A stretch of 64,000 bases of DNA from an uncultured Cytophagia bacterium. GTDB taxonomy: Bacteria > Zhuqueibacterota > Zhuqueibacteria > Oleimicrobiales > Geothermoviventaceae. Position numbers and translations under genes: made by a program. The stretch is from contig CAZXXS010000056.1 in assembly GCA_964644845.1 (NCBI GenBank), positions 1-64,000 on the forward strand, in the 5' to 3' direction. The notes beneath the pieces were generated by a model that worked only from the letters and a program-made list of their open reading frames with translations, was not told where the DNA came from and did no database searches. This document shows positions 24,968-33,714 of this stretch, in pieces; position 1 is the stretch's first letter, and each line of letters begins with the position of its first letter.

Positions 24968-25872
24968 GACGATGGCAACTGACTTTCGTCTTTGGCTTTG
25001 TGCTCGTTTTAGTGCGAGCCCAGGTGCTGGAGGCTTCGGGTTCGGATTCGCTGGCTGCTTTTCTGCCTGAAGTGACTGGGTGGAGACTGGCGGAACCCCC
25101 GGAGACGTACACCCCCGACAACCTGTTCGACTACATCGATGGCAACGCGGAACTGTACCTGTCCTACGGGTTCAGACGACTCGTGAGTGCCATGTACGTT
25201 CCGGAGCAAGGGAGCGAGGACGAGGCGATTGTGGTGGATGTGTACGACCAGGGCACACCACTCGGAGCGTTCGGGCTGTACTCGAGCATGTGCCGTCCGG
25301 GACTCACGTACGGGGAGGTTGGCTGCGAGGCGATCGTGTCGCCGCTCCAGGTGCGTTTCTGGCAGGATCGCTACGAGGTGGAGATCAACGGTGCTGACGA
25401 GTCGCAGGCAGAATTGCTTGAGAAATTCGCCCGGTCAGTCTCCGCAAAGCTGCCACGCTGCGGGGAAATCCCCGAGCTAAAGTGGCTTCCAGAAGATGGT
25501 CAGGTTCCCCACACGCTGAAGTACGTCGCGGACGGCTTCTTGGGGCAGGATTTCTTGCCCGGTGGGTTTGAAGCCAAATACAGAGTCCACGGTACAGTGG
25601 TGACCGCATTTGTGACGCAGTGTTCCACGGAGGATTCTGCACGAAGCTGCCTGCATAGGTACGTTGGCGCACTTGAGAAATTCAAAGGTGCGGTGGCGAA
25701 GCAGGACGGACGGTTCTGGGGGGTCGCTCACAAGTACGTTGGACATGTCTGGGTTTCTGTGGAAGGGCCCTGGCTGTACGGTGCCCGCTGTGAGACGGAA
25801 GCCTCTGCTGCAAGAGTCGTCGCCGAGCGTCTGAGGGAGAGGCTGAGGGAAATCGCGGGTATGCGCAGGTAG
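24964..25872 (+). CDS. Secreted hypothetical protein (signal peptide; unknown function)
   Basis: The ATG at 24964 overlaps the stop of the preceding AKR gene by 4 nt (ATGA). It has a hydrophobic signal sequence (WQLTFVFGFVLVLVRAQVLEAS) and GC3-rich codon usage. I recognise no family. Confidence 0.5.
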   Translation: MRRWQLTFVFGFVLVLVRAQVLEASGSDSLAAFLPEVTGWRLAEPPETYTPDNLFDYIDGNAELYLSYGFRRLVSAMYVPEQGSEDEAIVVDVYDQGTPLGAFGLYSSMCRPGLTYGEVGCEAIVSPLQVRFWQDRYEVEINGADESQAELLEKFARSVSAKLPRCGEIPELKWLPEDGQVPHTLKYVADGFLGQDFLPGGFEAKYRVHGTVVTAFVTQCSTEDSARSCLHRYVGALEKFKGAVAKQDGRFWGVAHKYVGHVWVSVEGPWLYGARCETEASAARVVAERLRERLREIAGMRR

Positions 25873-26037
25873 CCTGCAAGTCGTTGCAGCTACCGGGTTG
25901 TTACGGGTTACTGGAAATGGTTGGCCAATTCAGACGGAAGGCCGTTAATGGCGGTTGTCTTTTCAACCCACCTCACCAAATGGCCCGGCCCTTTCATTCC
26001 CGGACAGGCTGAAGATGTTCGCGAGCTCCACCGAAAA

Positions 26038-26072
26038 ACGAGGCCCCGAAACGTCGGGGCCTCGCTTGTTTG
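26038..26072. terminator. Bidirectional intrinsic terminator between convergent genes
   Basis: CGAGGCCCCGA-aacg-TCGGGGCCTCG is a perfect 11-bp stem. It is followed by CTTGTTT on the + strand and preceded by AAAAA (a U-tract on the - strand). Confidence 0.6.
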
Positions 26073-26089
26073 GACGGGGTTGATTGTTC

Positions 26090-29000
26090 TCACTGCTCCG
26101 GATACGGTGGCATGTAGGGTGGGCGGGGTGGAAAAGTTTTGGGTTCTTTCTCGATTTTCTCCAGGATGACCTCGATTGCTTTCTCGAGCTGCGGGTCCCG
26201 GCCCTTCACGACCAAATCTGGACGGTTGTCCACGATGATGTCCGGATCCACACCGTGATTTTCGATGACCCATTTCGAATCGAGGCCGTAGATTGAGAAC
26301 TCCGGCACGGTGACGTAGCCACCGTCAAGCAATCTGAGGTAACCGCGAATGCCACGCACGCCGCCCCAGGTCCGCGTGCCAATGACAGGACCGAGTTTGT
26401 ACTTCTGGAAGTAGTACGGGAAAATGTCCCCGTCCGACGCCGAGTAGTGGTTGCAAATCGCGACCAGGTGGCCGTGAAAAACATTCTCGGGAATTGGGTG
26501 ATCTGCTGCGTTCCGACTCATGCCCATCCCAACGAGCACCCGGCGCAGGCGTTCCAAGATCAAGTAATCCACAAAACCGCCGCCGTTGTACCGGACGTCA
26601 ATGATGAGGCCCTTCTTGCGGATCTGGGGGTAGAATTCCTCGATGAACTCGTTCAACCCGCGCGAACTCATGTCGGAAAGGTAAATGTAGCCAACCTGGC
26701 CGTTGGTCGCGTTTTCGACCTTTTTCCGATTGGTTTCCACCCAATCCAGAAGATGCAGCTCAAACTCACTGCCGATCGGTTTCACAGTTGTCGTCCACGA
26801 GCCGTCCAGCGTAGGTTTGCTGTTCAAAGTCAGCTCGACATTGACCCCGACTTTGTTTTCAAACAGGCTGTACGGGTTGGTTGGCGCTTTCAACTCGACA
26901 CCGTCCACGGCCAAAATGTAGTCGCCGACATGGGCTTTTACGCCTGGCTCGGTAAGTGGTGAGCGACGCTGCTTTTTCCAGTTCGCTCCCCGGTAAATCT
27001 TGGCAATCCTGTAGTAGCCGCTTTGGGGATCGAGCTGGAGATCGGCGCCGAGAAAACCGACCGGTGTGTGCTCAATTTCGGGGTAATCACCACCGCCAAC
27101 GTAGGTGTGCGAGTTGCCGAGTTCTCCCAGCATTTCGCCGATAATGTAGTTCAGGTCGTACCGGTGAGCTACGTACGGCAGCAGCACTTCGTAGCGGCGT
27201 TTCATGGCTTCCCAGTCCACACCGTTCATTTTCGGGTTGTAGAAGTAGTCGCGTTCCAGCCGCCAGGCTTCGTAGAACATCTGCCGCCATTCCTGCCGCG
27301 GGTCGATCTTTACCTTCATGTGCGACAAGTCCAGTTTACCGTCGCCGATCTTCTTCTTGCCCTTTCCCACGTCGATGATGCCGTAGATTTTTCCACTCTT
27401 GTAGATCAGTTTGTCCAAGGTCGGGGCAATGTCGAAGGCATCCACGGGCGACAGAATGACCTCGTCCTTTTTGTCTTTGAGATCGAAGCGATGCAGGGCG
27501 GATTGCTCGCCCGGCAGTTTGCCATTCATTCCGCGAACGGGCACAGTGCGGTAGAAAACCGCATCGGCTGTGACAGCAAGACCGGCGATGTTTGCGGGTT
27601 TGATGGGTAGTGCAACAGCGCGGGTAGTGATGCCCTCGAAATCGATGTGGATTGGTTTGGTTTCTTCGGCTTTCTTGGCCGTTTTCCTCTTGGTTGTTTT
27701 CTTAGAGGTTGCGTTGTTTTTCTTTTCGGTTTTCTCCGGGACCTCGTCGCTTTTTGGCGAAAACGGCGAGGTGCTGTCTGCTTGCAAGGTCACCAGATAG
27801 ATGCCAGCCGTCTTCACGTTGGCGTAGTTTCCGTCGAACTCACCCAGAATTGGGTTGATGTTGCGGTTCGAGATGAAGTACATGTAACGGCCCTTGGGGT
27901 CGAACATGGGGCCGTAATCGTTGGTGAATTCGGTTGTCACGGGCCGAATTTTGTGATCCTCCACAGACCACAGGTAGATCGTGTAGAAACCGTTTTTACC
28001 AGCTTTGGAGTAGGCCAACCACCGGCTGTCCGGCGACCATCTGTAATCCCGAATTTCCCACCAAATGGTGCTGTCGACGAAGGTGATTTTGCGCGTTGGC
28101 ACATCCAGCACCCAGAGGTTGTGGTTCTTGTCCGCAAAGGCGATTTTTTTCGAGTCGGGCGACCAGACGGGCTGGAATCGAAAGACCTTCCCGTTGGTCG
28201 TCAAGCGAATCTCCTTGCCACCTTTCTGTGGGCGCAGGTACAGTTCGTCCTCGCCGCTGGCATCCGAGACGTAAAGAATCCATTTGCCGTCTGGAGACCA
28301 CGTGGGGTACTTTTCGTGGACACCAGAAGTCCGCGTCAGATTCCGCGTGGCTCCTTCTTTGGCTGGTACGGTGTAGATGTCGCCACGGGCTTCGAACAGG
28401 GCTCGCTTGCCCTTCGGAGAAAGCTCGAAAGACCTGATGCTTTTACTGGCGTCAACCCAGTGCGGCTTGGCGTACAGATTCTCACTCGGAAGCAGCACGT
28501 CCACTTTGTGGACCCGTTCGGTCCCGAGGTCCAGCAGGTAAAGGGTGCCGCCGTTTTCGAACACGATTGCCTTGTCGCCAATGCTTGGCCAGTTCACATC
28601 GTACTCTTTGAAGTGCGTCAGTTGCGTCGTTTGGCCCGTTTTGATGTCGTACTTGTACAGGTTCATCCGTTGCTCCGGGCCACGGTCAGAGCCAAAATAA
28701 ATCACGTCACCGTGCCACATTGGGTAGGTGTCCGTGCCAACCCAGTCCGTGATGCGTTTCACCGTGTTGTTTGGGAAATCGTAGATCCACACGTCCTGGG
28801 CCATGCCTCCTTTGTAGTGTTTCCAGGTGCGAAAATTGCGGAAAATGCGGTTGTACGCGATCTTGTTGCCGTCCGGAGAAAAGGAGGCCAGACCTCCCTT
28901 TGGCAGCGCAAGCTGCTCTGGTAACCCCCCTGTAACGCTTACCTTGAAGTAACGGCCAAACCAGTCGTTGAATGTGGAGCGACGGGACAGGAAAAGGATG

Positions 29001-29392
29001 TGTTTCCCGTCGGGGTACCACTCGATGACCATGTTGTTGGGACCCATTCGTTCGGACACATGGTGGATGTCCGGGGTGAACGTGAGCTGAGTCGGCTCGC
29101 CGCCGTCGCTGGGCATGATGTAAACGTTGAAGTTCCCGTCGTACTGAGCGGTGAAAGCGATTTCTTTTCCATCAGGGGAGAATTTCGGGAACAGCTCGAG
29201 ACCAGGGTGTGTGGTGAGCCTCTCCGCCAGTCCTCCCGAGACGGGTACAGACCAGATGTCGCCTGCGTACACGAACACGATTTTGTCGCCGTAGACATCG
29301 GGGAAACGAAGTAGTCGGCCCTGCTGAGCAGCAAAAGCCACCCCCGTCAGTAGAAACAGCAGGCCAGTGCAAAGCGTGACGAAGCGTTTCAT
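26090..29392 (-). CDS. Tricorn-protease-like S41 family peptidase (beta-propeller + PDZ + S41 catalytic domain), secreted
   Basis: Signal peptide MKRFVTLCTGLLFLLTGVAFA. Repeated WSPDG/TolB-like propeller blades, a PDZ-like region, and a C-terminal S41 block (HYSASDGDIFPYYF...GTRTWGGVRG). The track ORF extends to 29419. I placed the start at M10. Confidence 0.75.
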   Translation of the reverse strand: MKRFVTLCTGLLFLLTGVAFAAQQGRLLRFPDVYGDKIVFVYAGDIWSVPVSGGLAERLTTHPGLELFPKFSPDGKEIAFTAQYDGNFNVYIMPSDGGEPTQLTFTPDIHHVSERMGPNNMVIEWYPDGKHILFLSRRSTFNDWFGRYFKVSVTGGLPEQLALPKGGLASFSPDGNKIAYNRIFRNFRTWKHYKGGMAQDVWIYDFPNNTVKRITDWVGTDTYPMWHGDVIYFGSDRGPEQRMNLYKYDIKTGQTTQLTHFKEYDVNWPSIGDKAIVFENGGTLYLLDLGTERVHKVDVLLPSENLYAKPHWVDASKSIRSFELSPKGKRALFEARGDIYTVPAKEGATRNLTRTSGVHEKYPTWSPDGKWILYVSDASGEDELYLRPQKGGKEIRLTTNGKVFRFQPVWSPDSKKIAFADKNHNLWVLDVPTRKITFVDSTIWWEIRDYRWSPDSRWLAYSKAGKNGFYTIYLWSVEDHKIRPVTTEFTNDYGPMFDPKGRYMYFISNRNINPILGEFDGNYANVKTAGIYLVTLQADSTSPFSPKSDEVPEKTEKKNNATSKKTTKRKTAKKAEETKPIHIDFEGITTRAVALPIKPANIAGLAVTADAVFYRTVPVRGMNGKLPGEQSALHRFDLKDKKDEVILSPVDAFDIAPTLDKLIYKSGKIYGIIDVGKGKKKIGDGKLDLSHMKVKIDPRQEWRQMFYEAWRLERDYFYNPKMNGVDWEAMKRRYEVLLPYVAHRYDLNYIIGEMLGELGNSHTYVGGGDYPEIEHTPVGFLGADLQLDPQSGYYRIAKIYRGANWKKQRRSPLTEPGVKAHVGDYILAVDGVELKAPTNPYSLFENKVGVNVELTLNSKPTLDGSWTTTVKPIGSEFELHLLDWVETNRKKVENATNGQVGYIYLSDMSSRGLNEFIEEFYPQIRKKGLIIDVRYNGGGFVDYLILERLRRVLVGMGMSRNAADHPIPENVFHGHLVAICNHYSASDGDIFPYYFQKYKLGPVIGTRTWGGVRGIRGYLRLLDGGYVTVPEFSIYGLDSKWVIENHGVDPDIIVDNRPDLVVKGRDPQLEKAIEVILEKIEKEPKTFPPRPPYMPPYPEQ

Positions 29393-30675
29393 TCGACCCT
29401 CCTGCAGGTTCAAACCCAAACAGACCGATTTTGAGCACTACGGACGAAGTGTTTTTTGGGTACGTACCTGAGGCCGTCCGACCAATTTCTTGTTGAGCTT
29501 ACCGCCGGAGCTGGTCGGTTTGGCGTGCCGTGCCTGTGCAGTGTCTCCACACAGTGGGGACAAAAGGCGCATTCAGACCGCCGGTGGTCCCAATGCAAAT
29601 AGGGGTAAGTTGGTGTGCAACGCTGTGCGGAGGAACGGTGTTGTCCCTTGGGTTTTGTCTGAACGAGTTCAAAAGAACTCAGGTCAGGACGGGCGGAGGT
29701 CGTGAAGCTTGAGGTGCAAGAACAAGATGCGGACAGGCGTCGTCACTTGAGTTGAAGTAAGGCACGTTTCGCTTCCCTTGTTCCGACAGCGTTTTTTCCC
29801 AGCGTGAGTGTCCCGAGCGGAACCGCTCGTCTTACGCGCCAGCGTCCGCAAAGGTTTCCGGCCGTGGGCAGAGTAGTGTGACGCGGACTCGGACGGGGGC
29901 CCTGTTGTGTGGTCGGGGGCTCGGTGAAAAACGCTTTCCGGCGTTTGCGAGGAGAGCGGCAGGGTTGGGTGGAGGGCTTTTGGTCGGGCGCCGTAAGGGT
30001 GTCTGGCGCCACCAGCAGAAGACGGCATCTCCCGCCGAAACGCGAGTGGGAATCCGAAGATCGGGCCGGCGCGTACGGATGGCGGTCCGCCGTGGCCCGG
30101 TGGGAAGCCCGAAACGAGTATGCTCAGGGGAGGGGAGTGCGAATGGATCGTGAATAACGGATGGCCAACGGCTATTCTTGAGTTTTACAGAGGACTGAAA
30201 TGGTGAGGTCGGCCTTCGGGTTGGGGTGAACTTGGGTGGCGAGGAAAGGAAACTGCGGATTTCTTGGTTACTTAACCGTTTCAGATGTTGGCAGAGGGAG
30301 AAAAAACTTGCGCAATATCGTTCATTTTCGTAAAATTGGTCCAGCTTCCTGGAGGGCCTTTCTTAATCCTGCCTTGCAGTGGACGAGAACGGTTTCGGAG
30401 GCGAACAGTGTGCGAGTGGTACCAGGTAACTCGGTGTCCGAAGAACGCTGTGCCGCAACGTTCTCCGAATTCCCAAGTGTTTCTCTCCCATGATCCTCTC
30501 CTTGTAGTTTTCGATCAGTAAAGTTCAGGTTGTCTTGCTGCGCTGCCCACTGAGGGCAGGCGGCAACACGGCCAAAAACAGTTTGCTGAGCCACGAAGTC
30601 ACTCAATCACAGGCCCGGAGAATCACGTTGGTAGAGGGGTTGACAACGGGAACCGAACAAAATGAGGGACGAACC

Positions 30676-33576
30676 GTGAGGATCTCGAAACGACTCTTTG
30701 TGGCTTGTACGACGGGTCTGGTGACCTTGGCCTTTGTCGTCACCAGCATGGCAGCTGTTTCTGGTGTCATCCAGGGCGTCGTCAAAGATGCCAAGACCGG
30801 CGATCCACTTCCTGGTGCGAACGTCCAGATCGTTGGCACAAGCATTGGTGCGGCCACGGACCTGCACGGGAAGTACGTGATTCCGCGCGTTCCGCCGGGC
30901 AGCTACACGCTGCGGGTAACCTTCATCGGGTACAAGACGGTTGAGGTACCGGTGACAGTGCGGGCCGGCGAAAAAGTCAAGAAAGACATCGAGATGCAGT
31001 ACGTGGCCGTTAAAGGGAAGGAGGTTGTCGTTACCGCCCAAGCTGAAGGGCAGATCAAGGCGATCAACCAGCAATTGTCTTCAGCTGCGATCGTGAATGT
31101 TGTTTCTTCCGCTCGCATCCAGGAACTACCGGACGCGAACGCAGCCGAGTCGGTCGGGCGCTTGCCCGGCGTAGCCATCTTGAGGAGCGGAGGTGAAGGT
31201 ACGAAGGTGGTCATCCGGGGTCTGGCGCCGAAGTACAACACGATTATGATTGACGGCGTGCGGATGGCTTCGACGGATTTCGACGATCGAAGCGTGGACC
31301 TCAGCATGATTTCGCCTTACTCCTTGGAAGGGATCGAGGTGCTGAAGGCCATCACACCCGATCAGGATGCAGATCACATCGGCGGATCCGTGAACTTCAT
31401 GCTCCGCGAAGCTCCTCCGGGTTTCCACTACGACGTCATCAGTCAGGGTGGTTACAACAAGCTCAAGAATACTTACGACGATTACCTTTTTGTTGGCAGC
31501 GTTAGCAAGCGTTTCTACCACAATCTTCTGGGTGTGTTTGCGCAGGCCAACATCGAAAGGCGCAATCGTAGTTCCAACGAAATGGGCGCGAACTATTACT
31601 TGCAAGGCCCGAAGCTCGGTCAGAAGAATCAGGTGTACATTGCTGGTTTGACGCTGCACGACATCTTGCGGGAACGCAAGAGGAATGGCGGGACCCTGGT
31701 GCTGGACTACGTCATCCCGAACGGGAAGGTTGTGTTGAAGAACTTCTACAGTTCGGGCGAAACCAGCGCACAAAACCACGGTGAGTTTTTCGACGTTAGC
31801 AACGCCAACCACACGTACACAGGCACCGACGCGCTGAGCAAGCTGAAAGTGCTGACGAATGTGCTGAAATATGACCAGCGTTTTCCGATCGGCCGGCTGG
31901 ACATGCAACTGTCGCATTCGTACTCGGAAAACAACGCACCAAGAAACGTAACGTTCACCTTCACTGAAAACGCTGCGTTTGACGTTCTTGACCCCAAGAT
32001 CCCCCCGACTGAGGTTCCGAAGTACGCACGCTACAATCTCGAGAAGACGTACCTGGCAAGGATAGGCGAGTACAGGCGCAACGCGAAGGACCGCCAGTTG
32101 GCGTTCAACGTCAACATGGAAGTACCCGTCCGGTTTGGGAATTTCCTTTCCGGCCACCTCAAGTTTGGCGGCAAGTATCGCTACAAAGATCGCAAGCACG
32201 ACTACTGGTGGGCCGGTGGTCCATTGAACCTGGGTAGCGGCCAAGGCACCCGGAACGCAATTCTGAACGCTTTCCCCTGGATGAAGGAGACAGTGCCGAC
32301 GGGAGCAGGCAACCTGCCCTACACGCTGTTCATCGACAAGGACTACGACCCGGGTGAATTTCTGAATGGTGAGTACAAGCTCGGTCCGGTGGCCGACATT
32401 GACCTGATGCGCAAGGTGATGGATGTCGTACGTAAAGTGAACGAGCTGGAAGCTTACCATCCCAACAAGTACTTGTGCACGACCTACGACTACAACGGGA
32501 ATGAGTACCTTTCCGCTGGATACGTGATGACTACGCTCAACTTTGGACGCAGAGTCCAGTTTATCCCCGGTGTTCGCTACGAGCGTAACAAGACGGTTTA
32601 CACGGCGCCGCAAGGGAATTCAACCTACACGGGTTCGGACATTTTCTACCACTACAAGGACACGACCACGACCCGTATCAACGAGTACTGGCTGCCGATG
32701 GTGCATTTGCGCGTGTTTGCTACGCGCTGGTTTGACATCCGCTTCGCTTACACCAACACCCTCTCGCGTCCCGATTTCCGTCGGATTGTGCCGCGGTACA
32801 ACATCGGCTTTACGAGTGTTGCCTGGAACAACTACCGGCTGAAACCGGAGCGTTCTGAGAACTTCGATCTGTACTTTTCGGCTCACAGTAACACAATTGG
32901 TTTGGCCACGGTGGGCTTTTTCAAGAAGAACATCGATGACATGATCTTCTCCACCGGTCGGCGGGTAATTACGGATCCAGCGGAGTACGGTCTGCCGCCC
33001 AGTGAAAAGAACAAGTTCATCAGCACGAGCATCAACAGTCCGTACCGGGCGTACGTGAAGGGTGTAGAACTGGATTGGCAGACAACGTTCTGGTACTTGC
33101 CAGGAGTGCTGCGTGGTCTGGTGTTCCACGCCAACTACACCCGAATCCAGTCCGAGGCCAGGTACCCGCGCACTGTGATCAAAGGGAAGTACGTTTTTGA
33201 GCCGAAATTCGAGTACATCCAAACGAACGTGGACACGTTCTACACGGATCGGCTGATCGATCAGCCCGACAACATCGTGAACCTCGCCATCGGGTACGAC
33301 TACAAGGGATTCTCAGCGAGGTTGTCCTTGCTGTACCAGTCGAACATTTTCCACGGCACAAGCTTCTGGCCTGAGTTGCGTCGGATTACGGACGACTACC
33401 TGCGTTGGGACCTGTCTGTAAAGCAGAGTCTGCCGTGGGACGGTTTCCAGGTTTTCCTCAACGTGAACAACATCACCGGTGCTCTGGACCGCGATTTGAA
33501 CCAGGGGTCAAACTTCCCGGCGGCAGAGCAACACTACGGCACGACGGTGGACTTTGGCTTACGCGTGCGACTCTGA
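30676..33576 (+). CDS. TonB-dependent outer-membrane receptor with N-terminal carboxypeptidase-regulatory-like domain
   Basis: Signal peptide from the GTG at 30676, with GAGGGA 9 nt upstream. It has a CarbopepD_reg-like domain (VIQGVVKDAKTGDPLPGANVQIVGT...), a plug domain, a long beta-barrel and a C-terminal aromatic (...DFGLRVRL). There is no SusD-like partner downstream. Confidence 0.8.
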   Translation: MRISKRLFVACTTGLVTLAFVVTSMAAVSGVIQGVVKDAKTGDPLPGANVQIVGTSIGAATDLHGKYVIPRVPPGSYTLRVTFIGYKTVEVPVTVRAGEKVKKDIEMQYVAVKGKEVVVTAQAEGQIKAINQQLSSAAIVNVVSSARIQELPDANAAESVGRLPGVAILRSGGEGTKVVIRGLAPKYNTIMIDGVRMASTDFDDRSVDLSMISPYSLEGIEVLKAITPDQDADHIGGSVNFMLREAPPGFHYDVISQGGYNKLKNTYDDYLFVGSVSKRFYHNLLGVFAQANIERRNRSSNEMGANYYLQGPKLGQKNQVYIAGLTLHDILRERKRNGGTLVLDYVIPNGKVVLKNFYSSGETSAQNHGEFFDVSNANHTYTGTDALSKLKVLTNVLKYDQRFPIGRLDMQLSHSYSENNAPRNVTFTFTENAAFDVLDPKIPPTEVPKYARYNLEKTYLARIGEYRRNAKDRQLAFNVNMEVPVRFGNFLSGHLKFGGKYRYKDRKHDYWWAGGPLNLGSGQGTRNAILNAFPWMKETVPTGAGNLPYTLFIDKDYDPGEFLNGEYKLGPVADIDLMRKVMDVVRKVNELEAYHPNKYLCTTYDYNGNEYLSAGYVMTTLNFGRRVQFIPGVRYERNKTVYTAPQGNSTYTGSDIFYHYKDTTTTRINEYWLPMVHLRVFATRWFDIRFAYTNTLSRPDFRRIVPRYNIGFTSVAWNNYRLKPERSENFDLYFSAHSNTIGLATVGFFKKNIDDMIFSTGRRVITDPAEYGLPPSEKNKFISTSINSPYRAYVKGVELDWQTTFWYLPGVLRGLVFHANYTRIQSEARYPRTVIKGKYVFEPKFEYIQTNVDTFYTDRLIDQPDNIVNLAIGYDYKGFSARLSLLYQSNIFHGTSFWPELRRITDDYLRWDLSVKQSLPWDGFQVFLNVNNITGALDRDLNQGSNFPAAEQHYGTTVDFGLRVRL

Positions 33577-33714
33577 ACGCACCTGTGGGGTGAAGTCTCT
33601 TCGATAGGTGATAAGGTGGAGTCAGAAAGGAGGTGATGCGCTGACTTAGGTGCTCTCGACCGTAGTGGGATTCGTGACGCAGTAGGGTGGGAATCAAACA
33701 GGAGGAGTGGTTCG

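Noticed and set aside
27647-28924. 425-aa plus-strand ORF inside the tricorn-like protease gene
   Set aside because: Antisense shadow. Its translation lacks any recognisable motifs, while the minus-strand frame has propeller, PDZ and S41 motifs throughout.
30641-30675. TTGACA hexamer 30 nt upstream of the TonB-dependent receptor start as a possible -35 element
   Set aside because: No acceptable -10 hexamer at 16-19 nt spacing. It is too close to the GTG start to leave room for a transcription start site and ribosome-binding site.
31126-32613. 495-aa minus-strand ORF inside the TonB-dependent receptor gene
   Set aside because: Antisense shadow ORF. The plus frame carries plug, barrel and TonB C-terminal motifs.
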